From: the human T2T-CHM13v2.0 reference genome, Homo sapiens
Assembly (NCBI RefSeq): GCF_009914755.1
Contig: NC_060948.1
Direction: 5' to 3' (one strand)
DNA length: 64,000 nt
The notes below the pieces were generated by a model. It searched no databases, was not told the DNA's origin, and saw only the letters and a program-made list of their open reading frames with translations. Below, in pieces: positions 14,224 to 28,428 of this stretch (position 1 is the stretch's first letter; each line of letters starts with the position of its first letter). The translations under genes and the position numbers were made by a program.

Positions 14224-17200
14224 GAAAGGACTCGAATGGAAATCACTCGAATAGAATGCAATTTAATAAAATAGGATCAAATGTAATGGAATGGAATGGA
14301 AAGGAATCGAAACGAAAGGAATGGAGACAGATGGAATGGAATGGAACAGAGAGCAATGGTATAGAATGGAATGGAATCATCTGGAATGGAATTGAATGGA
14401 ATGGAATAATATGAAATGGAATGGAATGGAATGGAATGCCCTTGAATTAAATGGACTGGAATGGAATGGACTCGAACAGAGTGGAATGGAAAGTGTTGAG
14501 ATAGAATGGAATGGACTCGTTTGGAATGGTCTAGTAGGCAATGCAATCGACTGGCAGGGAATCAAAAGGAATGTAATGGAATGGATTGGACTGGAATGCA
14601 ATGGACTCGAATAGATTGGAAACGGAATGCAAAGGAATGGAATGGAATAGTATGGAATGGAATGGAAAGGAATGCAGTGGAATAGACTAGAGTGGAATGG
14701 AATGGACTGGAAAGCAATGGACTGGAATGGAACTTTCTTGAATGGACTGGAATCAAACGGAATGGAATGCAATGCAATCAAATGGCATGGAATAAAATAG
14801 AATGAAAGAGAATCAAATGGAATTGAATCGAATGGAATCGAATGGATTGGAAAGGAATAGAATGGAATGGAATGGAATTGACTCAAATGGAATGGACTAG
14901 AATGGAATGGATTCGAATGGAAGGTAAAGGAATGGAATCTATTGGAATGGACTGTAATGGAATGGAATGGAAGGGATTGGAATGGACTCGAATGGAATGG
15001 ACTGCAATAGAAAGGATTCGAATGGAATGAAAAAGAATTGAATGGAATAGAACAGAATGGAATCAAATCGAATGAAATGGAATGGAATAGAAAGGAATGG
15101 AATGAAATGGAATGGAAAGGATTCGAATGGAATGCAATCGAATGGAATGGAATCGAACGGAATGGAATAAAATGGAAGAAAACTGGCAAGAAATGGAATC
15201 GAAATGAATGGAGTGTTATGGAACGGACTCAAAAGGAATTGAATGTAATAGAATGGAGTGGAGTGGACTCGAATATAATGGACTGGAATGGAATGAAATC
15301 ACATGGAATGGGAACGAATGGAATGGAATGGAAAGGAATGGAATCGAATGGAAAGGAATCGAATGGAAGGGAATGAAATTGAATCAACAGGAATGGAAGG
15401 GAATAGAATAGACGGTAATGGAATGGACTCGAATAGAATGGACACGAATGCTCAAATTGAATGGACTCGAATGGAATGGAAACGAAAGGAATGTCATCGA
15501 ATGGAATTGAATCGATTGGAATGAAATCGCATAGAATGGAGTGGAATCAAATGGAATTGAATCGAAAGGAAAGGAAGCGAATGGACTGAAATGAAATGGA
15601 ATGGAATTGAATGGAAAGTAATGCAATGGAATAGAATGGAACGAAATTTCACGGAATGGAATCAAACTGAATGGAATCAAACCAATGGAATCAAATCAAA
15701 TGGAATGGAAAGGAATTGAATGGAGTAGATTGGATTGGATGGGATTGGAATGAAATGTACTGGAAAGGACTCGAATTTCATGAAACGGAATGGAATGAAT
15801 TGGAACGGAACGGACTCGAATGGAATGGAATGTCATGGAATGGCATCAAATGGAATGGCATCAAATGGAATGGAATCGAATGCAATGGAATGCTATGGAA
15901 TGGAATGGAATGCATTTTAATGCAATGTCCTCTAATGGAATGGATTCGAGTGGAATGGAATCGAATATAATGGAGTCGAATGAAATGGAATTGAAAGGAA
16001 TGGGATCGAATACAATGGAATATACTGGAATGTAATGTAATGAACTCGAATGTAATTGACTGGAATGGAATGTACATGAATGGAATGTAATCGAATGGAA
16101 AGTAATCCAATGGAATAGAATCTAATGCAATAAAATCGACTCAGATAGAGTAGAATGTAATGGAATGGAGTGCAGTGCAATGGAATGGAATGGAATGGAA
16201 TGCAATGGAATGGAATGGAATGGAATGGAATGGAATGGAATGGTGTGGAATGGATAGTAATGGACAGGAGTGAAATGGACTGGAAAGGAATGGACTCAAA
16301 TTGAATGGGCTCGAAAGGAATGGAGTCAAATGGAATGGTCTGGAATGGAATGAACACGAATGTAATGCAATCCAATAGAATGGAATCGAATGGCATGGAA
16401 TATAAAGAAATGGAATCGAAGAGAATGGAAACAAATGGAATGGAATTGAGTGGAATGGAATTGAATGGAATGGGAACGAATGGAGTGAAATTGTATGCAG
16501 TAGAAGAGAATAGAATGGAATGCAAGCGAAAGGAAAGGAATGGATTGGAATGGAATGGAATTCATTGGAATGGAAGGGAATGTAGTGTAATGGACAGGCC
16601 TGGAATAAAGTGGAATGCTACGGTCTCGAATGGAATAAAAATGTATGGAATGGAATGCAATGAAACGGAATCGAATGTCATAGAATGTAATGGAATGCAA
16701 AAAAATGAAATCCAAAATCATTGACTGGAAAGGCTGGGTGTCGAAAGGAATTGACTCCAATGGAATGGAATCGAATGGAATGGAAGTGAATAGAATCGAA
16801 CTAAATCGAATGGAATGGAATTCATAGCAACGGAATGGAAAGGAATGCAATGATTTGGCATGGAATGGAATCGAATGGCATCGAATGGAATGGAATGGAA
16901 TGCAATGGAATGGAATGTATTAGAATGTAATGAACTTTAATGGAATGTACTCGAATGGATTCGACTGGAATGGAATGTTCTGGAAGTGAATGGACTCCAA
17001 TGGAATGGATTCAAAAGGAATGGAATCGTACGGAATGGAATCTAATGGAATGGAATTAAATGGAAATGAATCAAATTGAATAGCACGGAATTGAATTGAA
17101 TGGAATGGAATGCAATGGAATCTAATGAAACGGAAAGGAAAGGAATGGAATGGAATGGAATGGGCTGGAATGGAAAGGAATCGAAACGAATGGAATGGAA

Positions 17201-17767
17201 TCGAACTGAAGAGACTGGAATGGAATGCACTGGAATGGAAGGGAGTGTAATGGAAGGTTCTCGAAAAAAATGGAATGGAATGGAATGGAATTGAATGGAA
17301 CGGAATAGAGTCGAATGGAATTGAATGGAATGGAATGGACTAGAGTGAAATGGAATCGAACCACAAGGAATGGACAGGAATAGAATGGTCTCGAATTGAA
17401 TGGAATCGTATGGAATGGCATCAAACGGAATGGAATGGACAGCCACGGAATAGAATGCACTCGAATGCAATGGAGTCGAAACTAATGGACTGGAATAGAA
17501 TGGACTCGACTGGTACGGACTCCAATGGAATGGAATCGAATGGAAGGGAATCGAACGGAATGGACTCGAAGGGAAAAGACTGCAATGGAAAGGTCTCGAA
17601 TGGAATGGAAATTAATGGAATGGAATGGAATTGAATGAAATGGAGTCAAAAGGAATGGAATCGAATGGCAAGAAATCGAATGTAATGGAATCGCAAGGAA
17701 TTGATGTGAACGGAACGGAATGGAATGGAATCCAAAGGAATGGAATAGAATGGAATGGAATCGAATG
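14224..17767 (+). repeat. DYZ1 unit 5 (3,544 bp; extra EcoRI site)
   Basis: ORF-track offsets 14211 and 17755. Confidence 0.9.
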
Positions 17768-20700
17768 CAAAGGACTCGAATGGAAATCACTCGAATAGAA
17801 TGCAATTTAATAAAATAGGATCAAATGTAATGGAATGGAATGGAAAGGAATCGAAACGAAAGGAATGGAGACAGATGGAATGGAATGGAACAGAGAGCAA
17901 TGGTATAGAATGGAATGGAATCATCTGGAATGGAATTGAATGGAATGGAATAATATGAAATGGAATGGAATGGAATGGAATGGAATGCCCTTGAATTAAA
18001 TGGACTGGAATGGAATGGACTCGAACAGAGTGGAATGGAAAGTGTTGAGATAGAATGGAATGGACTCCTTTGGAATGGTGTAGTATGCAATGCAATCGAC
18101 TGGCAGGGAATCAAAAGGAATGTAATGGAATGGATTGGACTGGAATGCAATGGACTCGAATAGATTGGAAACGGAATGCAAAGGAATGGAATGGAATAGT
18201 ATGGAATGGAATGGAAAGGAATGGAGTGGAATAGACTAGAGTGGAATGGAATGGACTGGAAAGCAATGGACTGGAATGGAACTTTCTTGAATGGACTGGA
18301 ATCAAACGGAATGGAATGCAATGCAATCAAATGGCATGGAATAAAATAGAATGAAAGAGAATCAAATGGAATTGAATCGAATGGAATCGAATGGATTGGA
18401 AAGGAATAGAATGGAATGGAATGGACTAGAATGGAATGGATTCGAATGGAAGGCAAAGGAATGGAATCTATTGGAATGGACTGTAATGGAATGGAATGGA
18501 AGGGATTGGAATGGACTCGAATGGAATGGACTGCAATAGAAAGGATTCGAATGGAATGAAAAAGAATTGAATGGAATAGAACAGAATGGAATCAAATCGA
18601 ATGAAATGGAATGGAATAGAAAGGAATGGAATGAAATGGAATGGAAAGGATTCGAATGGAATGCAATCGAATGGAATGGAATCGAACGGAATGGAATAAA
18701 ATGGAAGAAAACTGGCAAGAAATGGAATCGAAATGAATGGAGTGTTATGGAACGGACTCAAAAGGAATTGAATGTAATAGAATGGAGTGGAGTGGACTCG
18801 AATATAATGGACTGGAATGGAATGAAATCACATGGAATGGGAACGAATGGAATGGAATGGAAAGGAATGGAATCGAATGGAAAGGAATCGAACGGAAGGG
18901 AATGAAATTGAATCAACAGGAATGGAAGGGAATAGAATAGACGGTAATGGAATGGACTCGAATAGAATGGACACGAATGCTGAAATGGAATGGACTCGAA
19001 TGGAATGGAAACGAAAGGAATGTCATCGAATGGAATTGAATCGATTGGAATGAAATCGCATAGAATGGAGTGGAATCAAATGGAATTGAATCGAAAGGAA
19101 AGGAAGCCAATGGACTGAAATGAAATGGAATGGAATTGAATGGAAAGTAATGCAATGGAATAGAATGGAACGAAATTTCACGGAATGGAATCAAACTGAA
19201 TGGAATCAAATCAATGGAATCAAATCAAATGGAATGGAAAGGAATTGAATGGAGTAGATTGGATTGGATGGGATTGGAATGAAATGTACTGGAAAGGACT
19301 CGAATTTCATGAAACGGAATGGAATGAATTGGAACGGAATGGACTCGAATGGAATGGAATGTCATGGAATGGCATCAAATGGAATGGTATCAAATGGAAT
19401 GGAATCGAATGCAATGGAATGCTATGGAATGGAATGGAATGCATTGGAATGGAATGTCCTCTAATGGAATGGATTCGAGTGGAATGGAATCGAATATAAT
19501 GGAGTCGAATGAAATGGAATTGAAAGGAATGGGATCGAATACAATGGAATATACTGGAATGTAATGTAATGAACTCGAATGTAATTGACTGGAATGGAAT
19601 GTACATGAATGGAATGTAATCGAATGGAAAGTAATCCAATGGAATAGAATCTAATGCAATAAAATCGACTCAGATAGAGTAGAATGTAATGGAATGGAGT
19701 GTAGTGCAATGGAATGGAATGGAATGGAATGCAATTGAATGGAATGGAATGGGATGGAATGGTATGGAATGGATAGTAATGGACTGGAGTGAAATGGACT
19801 GGAAAGGAATGGACTCAAATTGAAAGGGCTCGAAAGGAATGGAGTCAAATGGAATGGTCTGGAATGGAATGAACACGAATGTAATGCAATCCAATAGAAT
19901 GGAATCGAATGGCATGGAATATAAAGAAATGGAATCGAAGAGAATGGAAACAAATGGAATGGAATTGAATGGAATGGAATTGAATGGAATGCGAACGAAT
20001 GGAGTGAATTTGTATGCAGTAGAAGGGAATAGAATGGAATGCAAGCGAAAGGAAAGGAATGGATTGGAATGGAATGGAATTCATTGGAATGGAAGGGAAT
20101 GTAGTGTAATGGACAGGCCTGGAATAAAGTGGAATGCTACTGTCTCGAATGGAATAAAAATGTATGGAATGGAATGCAATGAAACGGAATCGAATGTCAT
20201 AGAATGTAATGGAATGCAAAAAAATGGAATCCAAAATCATTGACTGGAAAGGCTGGGTGTCGAAAGGAATTGACTCCAATGGAATGGAATCGAATGGAAT
20301 GGAAGTGAATAGAATCGAACTAAATCGAATGGAATGGAATTGATAGGAACGGAATGGAAAGGAATGCAATGATTTGGCATGGAATGGAATCGAATGGCAT
20401 CGAATGGAATGGAATGGAATGCAATGGAATGGAATGTATTAGAATGTAATGAACTTTAATGGAATGTACTCGAATGGATTCGACTGGAATGGAATGTTCT
20501 GGAAGTGAATGGACTCCAATGGAATGGATTCAAAAGGAATGGAATCGTACGGAATGGAATCTAATGGAATGGAATTAAATGGAAATGAATCAAATTGAAT
20601 AGCACGGAATTGAATTGAATGGAATGGAATGCAATGGAATCTAATGAAACGGAAAGGAAAGGAATGGAATGGAATGGAATGGGCTGGAATGGAAAGGAAT

Positions 20701-21286
20701 CGAAACGAATGGAATGGAATCGAACTGAAGAGACTGGAATGGAATGCACTGGAATGGAAGGGAGTGTAATGGAAGGTTCTCGAAAAAAATGGAATCGAAT
20801 GGAATGGAATTGAATGGAACGGAATAGAGTCGAATGGAATTGAATGGAATGGAATGGACTAGAGTGAAATGGAATCGAACCACAAGGAATGGACAGGAAT
20901 AGAATGGTCTCGAATTGAATGGAATCGTATGGAATGGCATCAAACGGAATGGAATGGACAGCCACGGAATGGAATGCACTCGAATGCAATGGAGTCGAAA
21001 CTAATGGACTGGAATAGAATGGACTCGACTGGTACGGACTCCAATGGAATGGAATCGAATGGAAGGGAATCGAACGGAATGGACTCGAAGGGAAAAGACT
21101 GCAATGGAAAGGTCTCGAATGGAATGGAAATTAATGGAATGGAATGGAATCGAATGAAATGGAGTCAAAAGGAATGGAATCGAATGGCAAGAAATCGAAT
21201 GTAATGGAATCGCAAGGAATTGATGTGAACGGAAGGGAATGGAATGGAATCCAAAGGAATGGAATAGAATGGAATGGAATCGAATG
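17768..21286 (+). repeat. DYZ1 unit 6 (3,519 bp; shortest, with a 20-bp deletion and a short GGAAT tract)
   Basis: ORF-track offsets 17755 and 21274. Confidence 0.9.
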
Positions 21287-24200
21287 GAAAGGACTCGAAT
21301 GGAAATCACTCGAATAGAATGCAATTTAATAAAATAGGATCAAATGTAATGGAATGGAATGGAAAGGAATCGAAACGAAAGGAATGGAGACAGATGGAAT
21401 GGAATGGAACAGAGAGCAATGGTATAGAATGGAATGGAATCATCTGGAATGGAATTGAATGGAATGGAATAATATGAAATGGAATGGAATGGAATGGAAT
21501 GGAATGTCCTTGAATTAAATGGACTGGAATGGAATGGACTCGAACAGAGTGGAATGGAAAGTGTTGAGATAGAATGCAATGGACTCCTTTGGAATGGTGT
21601 AGTATGCAATGCAATCGACTGGCAGGGAATCAAAAGGAATGTAATGGAATGGATTGGACTGGAATGCAATGGACTCGAATAGATTGGAAACGGAATGCAA
21701 AGGAATGGAATGGAATAGTATGGAATGGAATGGAAAGGAATGGAGTGGAATAGACTAGAGTGGAATGGAATGGACTGGAAAGCAATGGACTGGAATGGAA
21801 CTTTCTTGAATGGACTGGAATCAAACGGACTGGAATGCAATGCAATCAAATGGCATGGAATAAAATAGAATGAAAGAGAATCAAATGGAATTGAATCGAA
21901 TGGAATCGAATGGATTGGAAAGGAATAGAATGGAATGGAATGGAATTGACTCAAATGGAATGGACTAGAATGGAATGGATTCGAATGGAAGGCAAAGGAA
22001 TGGAATCTATTGGAATGGACTGTAATGGAATGGAATGGAAGGGATTGGAATGGACTCGAATGGAATGGACTGCAATAGAAAGGATTCGAATGGAATGAAA
22101 AAGAATTGAATGGAATAGAACAGAATGGAATCAAATCGAATGAAATGGAATGGAATAGAAAGGAATGGAATGAAATGGAATGGAAAGGATTCGAATGGAA
22201 TGCAATCGAATGGAATGGAATCGAACGGAATGGAATAAAATGGAAGAAAACTGGCAAGAAATGGAATCGAAATGAATGGAGTGTTATGGAACGGACTCAA
22301 AAGGAATTGAATGTAATAGAATGGAGTGGAGTGGACTCGAATATAATGGACTGGAATGGAATGAAATCACATGGAATGGGAACGAATGGAATGGAATGGA
22401 AAGGAATGGAATCGAATGGAAAGGAATCGAATGGAAGGGAATGAAATTGAATCAACAGGAATGGAAGGGAATAGAATAGACGGTAATGGAATGGACTCGA
22501 ATAGAATGGACACGAATGCTCAAATCGAATGGACTCGAATGGAATGGAAACGAAAGGAATGTCATCGAATGGAATTGAATGGATTGGAATGAAATCGCAT
22601 AGAATGGAGTGGAATCAAATGGAATTGAATCGAAAGGAAAGGAAGCGAATGGACTGAAATGAAATGGAATGGAATTGAATGGAAAGTAATGCAATGGAAT
22701 AGAATGGAACGAAATTTCACGGAATGGAATCAAACTGAATGGAATCAAATCAATGGAATCAAATCAAATGGAATGGAAAGGAATTGAATGGAGTAGATTG
22801 GATTGGATGGGATTGGAATGAAATGTACTGGAAAGGACTCGAATTTCATGAAACGGAATGGAATGAATTGGAACGGAATGGACTCGAATGGAATGGAATG
22901 TCATGGAATGGCATCAAATGGAATGGCATCAAATGGAATGGAATCGAATGCAATGGAATGCTATGGAATGGAATGGAATGCATTGGAATGGAATGTCCTC
23001 TAATGGAATGGATTCGAGTGGAATGGAATCGAATATAATGGAGTCGAATGAAATGGAATTGAAAGGAATGGGATCGAATACAATGGAATATACTGGAATG
23101 TAATGTAATAAACTCGAATGTAATTGACTGGAATGGAATGTACATGAATGGAATGTAATCGAATGGAAAGTAATCCAATGGAATAGAATCTAATGCAATA
23201 AAATCGACTCAGATAGAGTAGAATGTAATGGAATGGAGTGCAGTGCAATGGAATGGAATGGAATGGAATGCAATGGAATGGAATGGAATGGAATGGAATG
23301 GAATGGAATGGAATGGGATGGAATGGTATGGAATGGATAGTAATGGACTGGAGTGAAATGGACTGGAAAGGAATGGACTCAAATTGAAAGGGCTCGAAAG
23401 GAATGGAGTCAAATGGAATGGTCTGGAATGGAATGAACACGAATGTAATGCAATCCAATAGAATGGAATCGAATGGCATGGAATATAAAGAAATGGAATC
23501 GAAGAGAATGGAAACAAATGGAATGGAATTGAATGGAATGGAATTGAATGGAATGGGAACGAATGCAGTGAAATTGTATGCAGTAGAAGGGAATAGAATG
23601 GAATGCAAGCGAAAGGAAAGGAATGGATTGGAATGGAATGGAATTCATTGGAATGGAAGGGAATGTAGTGTAATGGACAGGCCTGGAATAAAGTGGAATG
23701 CTACGGTCTCGAATGGAATAAAAATGTATGGAATGGAATGCAATGAAACGGAATCGAATGTCATAGAATGTAATGGAATGCAAAAAAATGGAATCCAAAA
23801 TCATTGACTGGAAAGGCTGGGTGTCGAAAGGAATTGACTCCAATGGAATGGAATCGAATGGAATGGAAGTGAATAGAATCGAACTAAATCGAATGGAATG
23901 GAATTGATAGGAACGGAATGGAAAGGAATGCAATGATTTGGCATGGAATGGAATCGAATGGCATCGAATGGAATGGAATGGAATGCAATGGAATGGAATG
24001 TATTAGAATGTAATGAACTTTAATGGAATGTACTCGAATGGATTCGACTGGAATGGAATGTTCTGGAAGTGAATGGACTCCAATGGAATGGATTCAAAAG
24101 GAATGGAATCGTACGGAATGGAATCTAATGGAATGGAATTAAATGGAAATGAATCAAATTGAATAGCACGGAATTGAATTGAATGGAATGGAATGCAATG

Positions 24201-24850
24201 GAATCTAATGAAACGGAAAGGAAAGGAATGGAATGGAATGGAATGGGCTGGAATGGAAAGGAATCGAAACGAATGGAATGGAATCGAACTGAAGAGACTG
24301 GAATGGAATGCACTGGAATGGAAGGGAGTGTAATGGAAGGTTCTCGAAAAAAATGGAATCGAATGGAATGGAATTGAATGGAACGGAATAGAGTCGAATG
24401 GAATTGAATGGAATGGAATGGACTAGAGTGAAATGGAATCGAACCACAAGGAATGGACAGGAATAGAATGGTCTCGAATTGAATGGAATCGTATGGAATG
24501 GCATCAAACGGAATGGAATGGACAGCCACGGAATGGAATGCACTCGAATGCAATGGAGTCGAAACTAATGGACTGGAATAGAATGGACTCGACTGGTACG
24601 GACTCCAATGGAATGGAATCGAATGGAAGGGAATCGAACGGAATGGACTCGAAGGGAAAAGACTGCAATGGAAAGGTCTCGAATGGAATGGAAATTAATG
24701 GAATGGAATGGAATCGAATGAAATGGAGTCAAAAGGAATGGAATCGAATGGCAAGAAATCGAATGTAATGGAATCGCAAGGAATTGATGTGAACGGAACG
24801 GAATGGAATGGAATCCAAAGGAATGGAATAGAATGGAATGGAATCGAATG
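21287..24850 (+). repeat. DYZ1 unit 7 (3,564 bp)
   Basis: ORF-track offsets 21274 and 24838. Confidence 0.9.
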
Positions 24851-27800
24851 GAAAGGACTCGAATGGAAATCACTCGAATAGAATGCAATTTAATAAAATA
24901 GGATCAAATGTAATGGAATGGAATGGAAAGGAATCGAAACGAAAGGAATGGAGACAGATGGAATGGAATGGAACAGAGAGCAATGGTATAGAATGGAATG
25001 GAATCATCTGGAATGGAATTGAATGGAATGGAATAATATGAAATGGAATGGAATGGAATGGAATGGAATGGAATGGAATGCCCTTGAATTAAATGGACTG
25101 GAATGGAATGGACTCGAACAGAGTGGAATGGAAAGTGTTGAGATAGAAGGCAATGGACTCCTTCGGAATGGTCTAGTATGCAATGCAATCGACTGGCAGG
25201 GAATCAAAAGGAATGTAATCGAATGGATTGGACTGTAATGCAGTGGACTCGAATAGATTGGAAACGGAATGCAAAGGAATGGAATGGAATAGTATGGAAT
25301 GGAATGGAAAGGAATGGAGTGGAATAGACTAGAGTGGAATGGAATGGACTGGAAAGCAATGGACTGGAATGGAACTTTCTTGAATGGACTGGAATCAAAC
25401 GGAATGGAATGCAATGCAATCAAATGGCATGGAATAAAATAGAATGAAAGAGAATCAAATGGAATTGAATCGAATGGAATCGAATGGATTGGAAAGGAAT
25501 AGAATGGAATGGAATTGAATTGACTCAAATGGAATGGACTAGAATGGAATGGATTCGAATGGAAGGCAAAGGAATGGAATCTATTGGAATGGACTGTAAT
25601 GGAATGGAATGGAAGGGATTGGAATGGACTCGAATGGAATGGACTGCAATAGAAAGGATTCGAATGGAATGAAAAAGAATTGAATGGAATAGAACAGAAT
25701 GGAATCAAATCGAATGAAATGGAATGGAATAGAAAGGAATGGAATGAAATGGAATGGAAAGGATTCGAATGGAATGCAATCGAATGGAATGGAATCGAAC
25801 GGAATGGAATAAAATGGAAGAAAACTGGCAAGAAATGGAATCGAAATGAATGGAGAGTTATGGAACGGACTCAAAAGGAATTGAATGTAATAGAATGGAG
25901 TGGAGTGGACTCGAATATAATGGACTGGAATGGAATGAAATCACATGGAATGGGAACGAATGGAATGGAATGGAAAGGAATGGAATCGAATGGAAAGGAA
26001 TCGAATGGAAGGGAATGAAATTGAATCAACAGGAATGGAAGGGAATAGAATAGACGGTAATGGAATGGACTCGAATAGAATGGACACGAATGCTCAAATT
26101 GAATGGACTCCAATGGAATGGAAACGAAAGGAATGTCATCGAATAGAATTGAATCGACTGGAATGAAATCGCAAGAATGGAGTGGCATCAAATGGAATTG
26201 AATCGAAAGGAAAGGAAGCGAATGGACTGAAATGAAATGGAATGGAATTGAATGGAAAGTAATGCAATGGAATAGAATGGAATGAAATTTCACGGAATGG
26301 AATCAAACTGAAAGGAATCAAATCAATGGAATCTAATCAAATGGAATGGAAAGGATTTGAATGGAGTAGATTGGATTGGATGGGATTGGAGTGAAATGTA
26401 CTGGAAAGGACTCGAATTTCATGAAACGGAATGGAATGAATTGGAACGGAATGGACTCGAATGGAATGGAATGTCATGGAATGGCATCAAATGGAATGGC
26501 ATCAAATGGAATGGAATCGAATGCAATGGAATGCTATGGAATGGAATGGAATGCATTGGAATGGAATGTCCTCTAATGGAATGGATTCGAGTGGAATGGA
26601 ATCGAATATAATGGAGTCGAATGAAATGGAATTGAAAGGAATGGGATCGAATACAATGGAATATGCTGGAATGTAATGTAATGAACTCGAATGTAATTGA
26701 CTGGAATGGAATGTACATGAATGGAATGTAATCGAATGGAAAGTAATCCAATGGAATAGAATCTAATGCAATAAAATCGACTCAGATAGAGTAGAATGTA
26801 ATGGAATGGAGTGCAGTACAATGGAATGGAATGGAATGCAATGGAATGGAATGGAATGGAATGGAATGGAATGGAATGGAATGGGATGGAATGGGATGGA
26901 ATGGTATGGAATGGATAGTAATGGACTGGAGTGAAATGGACTGGAAAGGAATGGACTCAAATTGAAAGGGCTCGAAAGGAATGGAGTCAAATGGAATGGT
27001 CTGGAATGGAATGAACACGAATGTAATGCAATCCAATAGAATGGAATCGAATGGCATGGAATATAAAGAAATGGAATCGAAGAGAATGGAAACAAATGGA
27101 ATGGAATTGAATGGAATGGAATTGAATGGAATGGGAACGAATGCAGTGAAATTGTATGCAGTAGAAGGGAATAGAATGGAATGCAAGCGAAAGGAAAGGA
27201 ATGGATTGGAATGGAATGGAATTCATTGGAATGGAAGGGAATGTAGTGTAATGGACAGGCCTGGAATAAAGTGGAATGCTACGGTCTCGAATGGAATAAA
27301 AATGTATGGAATGGAATGCAATGAAACGGAATCGAATGTCATAGAATGTAATGGAATGCAAAAAAATGGAATCCAAAATCATTGACTGGAAAGGCTGGGT
27401 GTCGAAAGGAATTGACTCCAATGGTATGGAATCGAATGGAATGGAAGTGAATAGAATCGAACTAAATCGAATGGAATGGAATTGATAGGAACGGAATGGA
27501 AAGGAATGCAATGAATTGGCACGGAATGGAATCGAATGGCATCGAATGGAATGGAATGGAATGCAATGGAATGGAATGTATTAGAATGTAATGAACTTTA
27601 ATGGAATGTACTCGAATGGATTCGACTGGAATGGAATGTTCTGGAAGTGAATGGACTCCAATTGAATGGATTGAAAAGGAATGGAATCGTACGGAATGGA
27701 ATCTAATGGAATGGAATTAAATGGAAATGAATCAAATTGAATAGCACGGAATTGAATTGAATGAAATGGAATGCAATGGAATCTAATGAAACGGAAAGGA

Positions 27801-28428
27801 AAGGAATGGAATGGAATGGAATGGGCTGGAATGGAAAGGAATCGAAACGAATGGAATGGAATCGAACTGAAGAGACTGGAATGGAATGCACTGGAATGGA
27901 AGGGAGTGTAATGGAAGGTTCTCGAAAAAAATGGAATCGAATGGAATGGAATTGAATGGAACGGAATAGAGTCGAATGGAATTGAATGGAATGGAATGGA
28001 CTAGAGTGAAATGGAATCGAACCACAAGGAATGGACAGGAATAGAATGGTCTCGAATTGAATGGAATCGTATGGAATGGCATCAAACGGAATGGAATGGA
28101 CAGCCACGGAATGGAATGCACTCGAATGCAATGGAGTCGAAACTAATGGACTGGAATAGAATGGACTCGACTGGTACGGACTCCAATGGAATGGAATCGA
28201 ATGGAAGGGAATCGAACGGAATGGACTCGAAGGGAAAAGACTGCAATGGAAAGGTCTCGAATGGAATGGAAATTAATGGAATGGAATGGAATCGAATGAA
28301 ATGGAGTCAAAAGGAATGGAATCGAATGGCAAGAAATCGAATGTAATGGAATCGCAAGGAATTGATGTGAACGGAACGGAATGGAATGGAATCCAAAGGA
28401 ATGGAATAGAATGGAATGGAATCGAATG
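24851..28428 (+). repeat. DYZ1 unit 8 (3,578 bp)
   Basis: ORF-track offsets 24838 and 28416. Confidence 0.9.
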
